DNA of 64,000 bases from contig NW_026250412.1 in assembly GCF_024521635.1 (NCBI RefSeq), positions 1 through 64,000 on the forward strand. The letters are read 5' to 3'. Source of the DNA: Tricharina praecox (taxonomy: Eukaryota). The translations under genes were made by a program, and so were the position numbers. The notes under the pieces are model-generated. The model was given only the letters and a program-made list of their open reading frames with translations. It was not told where the DNA came from and ran no database searches. Shown in pieces: positions 55,214 through 64,000 of the stretch (within the stretch, counting starts at the first letter, position 1; each line of letters begins with the position of its first letter).

Positions 55214-55818
55214 TAATTGACATCTCGGCTAGAGTGGGATTATATCCATGTCGAGCTCTGGCTATGTACCTAGATGAATTTACCTTTTCCGAAGCGATAT
55301 GAAAGCGATGGTGATGGCATAGTATGCAGAGATCTAGACCGATGGCAGCCAGGCAGCGTCGGTTACGGAACGCAGGATCTGCGACGCGCGGCTGCTATGT
55401 ACTTGAAATTGGAATGCGGGGGACCTGGCATGTTCGGTCGATCGCCATCAGCAGCGAGATCTTTCATAAATCCCCGAAGTTGATTGCAACTCGTGCTATC
55501 TCGTGCCTACATACTGCAATGGAGACGAAGCGCCCTAGACCATTTCGGTACGGTCTAGAGTGCTTGACACATTCTCCCACAGAGTGTCATTTTTTTTTCC
55601 ATTCATCTCTTATTGTGTGTGATCTTCCTTGCTTAGATTCATACACACGCAATCCGTGTAAGCCACAACCAAGTTCATTGCAGTGACCTCTCTTCCCGAC
55701 AGTGTCTCTTATCATCCCGTCAAATTCGCATGTGAAAATCGAGTGCTCTGCCATAGAACTCGTCACATGCTAGATAAAGCGAGTGATTGACCATGCACCG
55801 ATCTCCGTAACGACACAC

Positions 55819-55915
55819 TGACGTAAGTCACCCACCCGCTATCGAACATCATGACGTCGACGGCATCCACGACCGCGATCATACCGACCGCCACAGCCCG
55901 ACCGCCGTATATAAA
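55819..55915 (+). promoter_or_regulatory. Two CRE/ATF-like sites and a TATA box of the small gene at 56012
   Basis: TGACGTAA 55819, TGACGTCG 55852, TATATAAA 55908, followed by a CA-rich leader. Confidence 0.55.
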
Positions 55916-56011
55916 TTATACCTGTTCATCAACCGTTCCATTCATCAACTGCACTCACTTCTGAAACTCACCACCCAATTACCACTCCCACATCACACAC
56001 GCACACACAGA

Positions 56012-56342
56012 ATGTCCACCTCATCAACCAACCACCAAAACTCCGCCATCCGCGGCGGCGCCGGCGCAACGCGTACTCCAGCCAATACCGTGACCGATCC
56101 TGACTCGAAGACGTCGACCGGGGTTCTGGGAGGGATGTTTTCGAGCGAAAAGCCGGTGCGTGTCTCCGAGTGTGTAAGGGAGTAATGATGGAGATGGGAT
56201 GGGATCGAGCTGATTTGTGATGTGCGTATAGGGCGCGCCGAAACGGCCGGATAACGACGACGCTTCGAAAAATACGTCCGGGCCGGGACTGCTCGGAAAT
56301 CTCGCGTCAGGTATCAGGGATCAGCTGGGGGCTTCGAAGTAG
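56012..56342 (+). CDS. 84-aa small hydrophilic protein; join(56012..56155,56232..56342)
   Basis: ATG follows a TATA box and CA-rich leader. The phase-0 intron GTGCGT...GCTGAT...TAG leaves an open frame to TAG at 56340. Confidence 0.75.
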
Positions 56343-56938
56343 TGCTGGGGGACACATGGGGGAGACGCTCGTCGGTCGGTGCTGTAAGATACAAGTGTAC
56401 TATATATTTCTGAATGAATCCAGTCTTCATCATCCTTACGGACCGTGTCTGTTTCGACCTGAACACTCAGCTGTTGTGCAAACTAATCCCTGGACAGACC
56501 CGTCGCTAATCCCCCTTCCTCCGTGCAAGTTGCTAGGATACTGACATGATGTCATGGATGCGTCTTCATCTCTACCTCAACTGAGGAGCGTGTCTGGTGC
56601 AGGACGAAAGGCTGCTACCTCACCGGCCATTAATACCTATCACAATAATTGCCGCCATCCAACGGTTAAACGCCAAAACTGCAGGTCCGGATACGCATTC
56701 AAAGGGATATGTCGCGCTCGCAGCTTGAACCGAGAATCCATGGAAAGGTGCGCACCAGGTGCTATATGATCAACCGCTGATCTCTTCAGTGATAGATCTC
56801 CCCAAGACGTATTTACGCTCACATCACGAATGGTACCTTTCGCAGGAACATGGCGTGGCATACTAACAAACCCGTACGCTTTGCAGATGGGATTCACTCT
56901 AGAAGTTTCACGGGCAGCTCTCGAATCTTCCAACCAAA

Positions 56939-58265
56939 TCAATTACTCCCTCGCCTTCCACTCAGCGGCACCATTTCCTCGCCACCGAGCGGACTCCTCC
57001 TGCCTTCCGTCTGGCGACTACCACTCTCCAACTCTCTTGTCGCAAAGCCTCTCTGCCTCCCCCTCGGCTTCCTCACATATGCTTCGACCACAGTCCCGGT
57101 ATCCCCACTATTCTCGGCGTCCCGCGACAGATACCCGGCCAACCGCCGTATCCCCGGGATAACCCGCAGCGACGGCAAAGACCCCGCCATCAGCGCGAAC
57201 GAGAACTCGACGTTCATCCAGATCCCGCTCTTCGCTACCGAGTACGTAAAGTCCACCTCGTCCTTGGTGTACGCCAGCGTCGTGAAGCGGATCAGCGAGG
57301 CAGCGCAGGCGATGGTTCCTGGTGGTGGGTGTTAGCCGGCCGTTACGAATTAGCGGAGGCGGGTGGGGACAAACCAAGTCCGAACAATCCAATCAACGGA
57401 ATCCTTTCCCTTAGCGGGACTTTCAGCCTCCACAGCGGGCGCAACGGGAGGACGAGGATGATCGCGTCCGTCACGAACATCACGACGGCCTGATAGACGG
57501 TGATGGCAAACAAGGTGTTTTTGCCCAAACACCTGGCGCCCTCGACCGGCTCCCACATGGCGCGCACGGGCGAGCACTGGAATGTCAACGGGAGCTGCCC
57601 GGTGATCGTGAACACCACGAGGAACACTACCAGTCCTCGCCCGGTCTTTTGGATGATGGCATCAGGGAAGTGCCGCATCAGGAAGACGAGGAGGCTGATC
57701 TTCACCGAGAGCGCGACGTAGAGGTAGCTACAGAGCGCGGCGAAGTAGATCTGCTGGTGCACGTGGTTAGTTAGGGTAGTGCGGGTGATGGTGGGTGGGA
57801 TGTGCGGGTGAGAACTTTGAACAGTGTCTGCAGAGTCCTGGAGGAGACGTTCCATAGATGCTCGCCTACGCCGTGGTAGGTGGTGGCGATGGTGAGGGCC
57901 GCGAATAGCGAGTTCATTATCTACATACGGAGGGACGGTCAGCTTCGTCGACGATAGTCTGGGTGGGGAGGAATAGGCACCATTGCGATAATTACCATCA
58001 CATCATCGATGCCGAATCTGTGCACCACGAAATACCGTACAACCAGCTATACTTGGCGCAAGCGGTCAGCACCCCCCTTCTACAGCGGCCCGCTCGAACG
58101 AACGCAAGTCCTACATACCCTCATAGAACATATGACGAAAGCCATCGCGGCCACTACCGCAATCGCCACACGCGTCTCCGTCAAGATATCATCTTGCGGC
58201 AGCGGCAGCTGCCGGCCCTCCACTTGATGAACGCGAATGTCGTGCTCGGTAGGAGGTAGGTACAT
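56939..58265 (-). CDS. PTH11-like / fungal rhodopsin-domain integral membrane protein, multi-exon
   Basis: R...R......FGIDD, YHGVGEHLW, KISLLVFLMRHF, FQCSPVRAMW, TDAIILVLPLRPLWRLK, LFGLG...SLIR and W..VEFSFALMAGSLPSLR motifs. Confidence 0.92.
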
Positions 58266-59752
58266 TACAGTGGGTAGCCGGAGGGTGATCTGATGGCCAG
58301 AGTGATGTCGACCGACGACGACGCCGCCATGGACGGAGCTGCGAGAGTGCTGTGGGAACGAAATTCCGCAGGCACCCTTCTAGTGAAAACCGATCGCCCT
58401 CAGCAATCCGTTTACGTATAGGTAGTAGAGTACCTAGCCGACACCCTCCCCCCCCCCCCCCCCCCCCCCCCCCCCACCCCCGAGAAATGATAAATCCAAG
58501 GGGTCGGGTGGCAACCCGCATTCTTCAGGCAGGGTTGATCGGGTGTGAAGATTATAATTTATATGGCGAGGTTGTTATAGCCGCCGTAAAGGCCAAAACA
58601 GGGTACTGGGCCGGCCGGTGGTCCGTGCGAGCCGATCCGCGACATGACTGGCTCTGGCGGGTCTCACTTCCAGCTAGCGGCCACGCCAGCGGTGGAAATG
58701 ATGGTCTCGTGGGGGAAGCGGGGAGCCATCGGGAGGCGCATGGTCTAATATTCCGCCGCAACTTATGTACAAACACGGGTGTCCGAGCCGCTGGGCCGCA
58801 TGAGCATGTCGAGCTTCACATGCCGAAAGCTGGAACCGATGGCAAACTCCGCAATGCGCAGCGACAAGAGCTGAGGGGCTCATAATACATGCCCTCCGAT
58901 GCCAACCCCAGGCCGCGGGGTCGATTGGAACGACGCATCGCGGACGTCCGTCAGGTACCTATTCGATTTCCCGGGGAAAAATAGACGTGAAACATGAGAT
59001 CAGATGCCCGCTAGACGACGACGACGACCACGACCACGACCACGAAGCGATCAGAGATTCAGAGGTGCTCCTGTCCGGATCATCCGCCTGGCCTCGGGGA
59101 AGCGGATTGGATTGGATTGAGAATTCGGAGGAAAGGAAATCGATACTCTACATATGATTTGCCTACATACAAAGTGATGCCGCCTACAGCGCTCGTGCAC
59201 GGACGTTAGCCCCCACTCCGCGTGTCTCATCTCACAGTGATGGCCAAACGTCCATACCCAATCATGCCCGTCCCAATCCAGGGAGTTGGCGCAAGCGAAA
59301 AAAGCTTCGCCGAGTTCGAGCGAATACGACGACTACTAGTAGTACTAGTACATAGAGTATGATGCGGTTTGTCGGTTGTGCCGTCAACCGTCCTCCGCAA
59401 CGAGGACCTTGGGGGAAAGGTCGGCCCAGTTCGACGTCTGTCCGGCCCGGCGGATTCGCAACTTCATATGTTCTAGAATTGATCCCCAATTGCGGTTGAG
59501 GATCAGCATCATTCACCACTTGTTGTCACATGCTCCTACACCCCCCCTTGTCTGGCAGTACCTGACTCGCCCCCGAACCACAAAAAAACATTCTCGTCAC
59601 AATCCATCGCGCATCTACTAGAGAGTAGTCCATAGAATATAGAGTACCTAGAATCAACTTCTAATTTCCACAAAGACAGGCTCGGACGATGAGTGGCGGA
59701 TATCGCAACCACTGCGCAGTGCGCAGAGCAGTCTGTTCAGAGCCGAAGCCTG

Positions 59753-60138
59753 AAGGACCAAACGCGCATATTACGGTAGTCGCTCTCAACCCACTCTAAA
59801 ATACCAATCCGTGCGCATATCGGGACCTAAAGCGCAGGGGGAGGTGAACGGAATCCTCCACGCCCCGGTCCTTCGGAATAATAGTGCGGTGCGGCTGACA
59901 TTTATAGCCTACGGGATCACTCGCTGTTCACGTGACGGCCTATCGATCCTATGACACGTTGGTCGTGCGGAGGCCCAAATCCAACGGTATGGCACAGCTT
60001 CATGGAACATTTCAGAGCGGTACTCATGCTCACTGTACTGCTCCTGACGTTTTGACGGAATGCGCACCATAGGTACCTAGCCGAATAGTCCACGGAGTGG
60101 ATCATCAAATATCACGCACTATACACGGAGTAACGGAA
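59753..60138 (+). repeat. ~390-bp diverged direct repeat, copy 1
   Basis: TCGCTCTCAACCCACTCTAAA...ATCGGGACCTAAAG...AGCCTACGGGATCACTCGCTGTT...CACGGAGTAACGGAA recurs at 62736-63141. Confidence 0.92.
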
Positions 60139-60139
60139 T

Positions 60140-62691
60140 GATAAACGACGACGCCAACATGGGCTGCAGATCAAAGAGCCTCGAGACTATCTAGTTTATG
60201 GTATAGTAGGCTGTGTACTATGTAGAAATATCTTCTTGGTTTGTATGTAATCACTACTACCGGCTGGAGGGAGTAGAGTGAAGTCAACAATCACGCACTG
60301 CCGTGAAGCTAAGAAGCGCAACCGAACAGACCAAGCTCGCCAACGAACAATTTCATCCTCTCGCTAGCAGCGAAAGAGACAAAATTATTCGCTGCAAGCA
60401 GCAAGGAAAAAACTATCATTAAGCCAAAAAAAAGCTTTCAAAAAGCTTTCTTTGAGGGCCTCGACTATATAGTCGAATAGTTCCCCTCCGGACGACCAAC
60501 AAACGTTGGAATCTGTATAACCAACCTGTCAGCGGATGTGACCAGCTTCGGGAACTTGGAAGCTCCGTCTCGATGGGAGTAGTACTCACTACCATATCAT
60601 GGTCTTCCGGCAATGATCGCTCATGCTATGAGTACGCGATGACGACTGAATACTATTTGCACGCCGGGAGGTGACGAGATGGTAAACACAGTTTGGTGGC
60701 TTTCCGCCGAAGGCAATACGGCAACGGAGTGTCACGCGATTGGATCGTGCAGAAAAACAGACCCCCAGTTTCACATTCAAATACTAAAACGATTCCCGTA
60801 ACCCAAGTGTAATATTTCCCCAACGCCAACGCAAATCCCTTGTCCAAAGTATAAAATTTCCCAAACGCCAACGCAAATCCTTTGTCCAAAATATAAAATT
60901 TCCCAACCGCCAATGTAACTCTCTTGCTCAGAGGATAGGATGTCCTAGTAGTACTACTTCATGGTATGATGGATTCAAGATGTTGTAAGCTATGACCACG
61001 TTCGCCGGTTTCTAGGTCTGCCCCGATGACTCGTTGGCGGTTGTCCATTGTTTATGTCGCCCAGGACTCTCGTTTGGACTACATGCTCACAGTCAGTTCA
61101 AGCTGCTGAAGAAGGACGTAATTTGCCTTACCATGAAACTGCGGTGTAGGCGTGATTGCTGGACCCGCAAGCTGGCGGTTCGTGAGACGTCTGCGCCTCG
61201 GGGCACGATCATCGGGGGTAGCCGTATCGGCCGCACGAGCTGCGAACGCCATCCACCGTTGTACAGCGGCATTGTCGGTTCGCTCGGGATTGCTTGCAGA
61301 TGCAAGCTCGGGGGCTGTTGCATTCGTGAGGGTGTTCTCCACGGGACTGGTTGGGTCGGGCCGCGAGTCCTCATGTCAGCGATTGGTGTCTCCACTGCCG
61401 AGGTTCGTGTTTCGAGGATGCTTACGTGGAAGTAGTTTGTCAGGAGAAGCACCCTTCTCCTCACTAGCTTCACCAAGACCCGCTTTGATAGGAGTACTAG
61501 TACTCCCTACCATCCCATATGCGTCTCGAGAGACGCACCATCCATCTGGTCTCGCTCACGCGAGTCAGCCCACAGGCTGCGAGTTCCCTTCGGCATCCGA
61601 CCAGCTTCTAGCAGTCAGCGACCATGATTAAATGCCGAATGGTGAGTGGTGAGCAGATAGTACATACCACGCTTCGGCACGAAAAGCACCGACGCCCTTG
61701 CTGCCTTCTTGGCAACCTTTTTGATGCGTTCGAAGGTTCTGAAGAGCGGTATCTTCATCATATTTTTATGTTTCGCTTGAGTCGGGATTGAGTGCGGTGG
61801 TTGCTTTGATGTGAAGGCTATGGGCACGAAGCTCGGCCCGCAGGCCACGGGTACGCTCTATTATCCTACTAGCTTCTAGCAGTCAGCGACCATATCATCA
61901 TCATCAGATGCCTCATGGTGGTGTGCAGGTTCTTACCGCGACCCGGCACGAACAGTGTCTATACTCTCTCGAGTAACTCCTTCTTGACGTTAGTTTTCGT
62001 TCGTTCGAAGTCGGCCACCACACCACAAGAGTACTGTTGAATCGGAGGGAAATACTCACTCAGCCGGGAAACAACAGCACAGCAGTGCTGATGGTCAGGA
62101 CTCTGCGGGGAAACCCGCAGACCTGATCTTCTTCCACGGCTCGAGGTTCTCCGACTCAAGCGCCGGCACCAGCAGCGACGCTGGTGCGAGGATCGGATAT
62201 CCTCTGTCGGAGAACAGCTGATGCGTAGTCTGTAGCCACCTGGGGAGCCGTGACCCCCAACATTTTAGTGAATGGGCCAACGGCGAAATCCCCAGGTGGC
62301 GCGAGGAAGCTGTCGCGAAGCGTACTTGATCGATGCATTGCTGAAGGATCCAGAAGTTCTTCAAGTTAGGCCACCGGGGGCTGATGATATTGTTGTGTTG
62401 ATGGTATGTTAGTGTTTTTTCAAAAAGATGAGAGGAAGGGAGGAAGAAGGGAGGAAGATGTAGAGGAAGAGAGGAAGATGTAGAGGAAGGTGTCGAGGAA
62501 GTAGGGTTTTGTTGGCGGCGCTAAGACTCTCATACGCTAGCGTCGGCTTCTTCGGGTCTTCCTGTTCGCTGATCACTCGTTAGGGCTTGCTCTTTGAATT
62601 GTGATTTGTGCTTCAAAAGCTTGCGAGAGAGCCGCCGATTCGCCTAGCTATGCGTAGTAGTACTGACGCTCGCTATGTCGCAGTCCCGCTA
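60140..62691 (-). repeat. Right arm of large inverted duplication (longer copy, with ~0.9 kb mostly absent from the left arm)
   Basis: 61365-62691 is the near-exact reverse complement of 51076-52399. 60140-60470 is a diverged reverse complement of ~52420-52736. Confidence 0.97.
60801..60914. repeat. 42-bp tandem repeat, ~2.7 copies
   Basis: TCCAAAGTATAAAATTTCCCAAACGCCAACGCAAATCCTTTG-like units. Confidence 0.85.
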
Positions 62692-62735
62692 GCGTCGGCT
62701 TCATTAGGTGCGCCAGTTCGCCGATCCACTGGCAA

Positions 62736-63141
62736 AAGGACCACACGTGCTTACGGTAATCGCTCTCAACCCACTCTAAATACAAATCCTTGCCCATATC
62801 GGGACCTAAAGTGCAGGGCGAGGTGAACGGAATTCTCCATGCACTATAGTAGTCCTTTGGTACAATTGCGCAGACGGCGAGGCCGACATGTAGATATACA
62901 GCCTACGGGATCACTCGCTGTTAACGTGATGGCGTGTCGATACCCACCATGCCGCGTTAGTCGTGCAGAGGCCGAAATCCAATGGTATGGCGCAGCTTCA
63001 TGGAGCACCTCCGTGCAATACTCATGCTCGCTGCACTGCGCCTGACGTTTTGACGAAATGCGCACCGCCGCATAGGTAGCCGAACTGTCCACGGAACGAA
63101 TCTTTGTATAGATATCACTCACTATGCACGGAGTAACGGAA
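62736..63141 (+). repeat. ~400-bp diverged direct repeat, copy 2
   Basis: Aligns along its whole length with 59753-60138. Confidence 0.92.
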
Positions 63142-63886
63142 ATTAATCTCATTCCAGAATCACACAGAGCTGACATTCCTGCTCGAAAACTAATGGATAG
63201 TACTTGTTGGAGATGTCATTCTTGTCACCCAACCCAACCTCGTAGAATTCATTCTCCCGTAGAATTATCAACAGCGAGTGACATTCAATGAACAGGACAG
63301 GACAGCTAATCGTCTAGGCCACAAGCATGGCCGGCCAGATACAGTATATGTGATGTATCATGTATTCCCCACAGCAAAGTGAGTGTATGAGGACGATATC
63401 CAATGGTTTGAGGCATCTTAGGCAATCCTATTTCCGCTAAGGTACACACAGAAAAACGCAGAATCCCTCATCCTCCACCGTAAACCGTAAACCGCAAGCT
63501 ACCCAGCCCCTAATCCGCTAGTGTGAATTGCAGCATGTCGCATTCGTAGTTGTCGGTTCCGGTGGATGCATCGCGAAATACCCGCTGTAGGTAACGACAT
63601 GTATTTCGAGTCTGGGAGGGCCAATAAGCGATATGGGAGACACGCGGGAAGGGGGAGTGCCTACCTGTGTTGCGAATTTATTCTGGAGCGCACATAACAA
63701 GAGCTTAGAGGGGGACCGGCCACGCCCCCTCTCCCCCAGCCGACAGCCGGAAAGTTGAAACCAGCCGACCCTGGGACCGATGAACACAAACTAACAAGCA
63801 AAGCAGCCATGCAGAAAGAAAATGAAATCAAAAGAGAGTATGTGCGTGAGGATGTTTTGGGTGACATCAGGGTTGGCGAGTGATAC

Positions 63887-64000
63887 TCAGAAGTTGGTGG
63901 AAATATTGGAGAGGCGGCTGTCCCATACGTGCATCGGGGGTTCCATTTCCTGCACGTACCCTTCCGTGAACGTAGTGTCGGTACCTTCCGTTGGTGGATT
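63887..64000 (-). CDS. Possible 3' end of a gene entering from beyond the window
   Basis: 38 open codons (NPPTEGTDTTFTEGYVQEMEPPMHVWDSRLSNISTNF*) followed by a pyrimidine-rich, 3'UTR-like stretch. Confidence 0.3.
   Translation of the reverse strand, partial: NPPTEGTDTTFTEGYVQEMEPPMHVWDSRLSNISTNF

Noticed and set aside
55032-55223. N-terminal extension of the esterase from the ATG at 55223
   Set aside because: It would bury a clear signal peptide starting at 55031, and the extension is partly a translated 9-bp repeat.

Overview
Eukaryotic genomic DNA from a filamentous ascomycete: short GT-AG introns with CTRAY branch points, abundant microsatellites and low gene density. Gene content suggests a Pezizomycete, but that is inference. 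Supported genes are a J-domain (DnaJ) protein with a long low-complexity tail, a LaeA-like SAM methyltransferase containing a GC-AG intron, an LtrA-like membrane protein, a secreted type-B carboxylesterase, a PTH11-like membrane protein and an 84-aa two-exon hydrophilic protein absent from the ORF track. The 15-42 kb and 51-63 kb stretches look accessory. They hold a LINE 3' remnant, a disrupted repetitive gene and a convergent pair of very divergent triple-C2H2 zinc-finger paralogs that share three intron positions and an unrecognised helical C-terminal domain. They also hold several dispersed repeats, mostly inverted. The most striking is a ~1.3-kb near-identical inverted repeat (51076-52399 / 61365-62691) bracketing three genes, whose right copy is itself flanked by ~390-bp direct repeats. 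All gene models and alignments were made by eye and identities are rough estimates. No transposase, integrase or recombinase gene was recognised.
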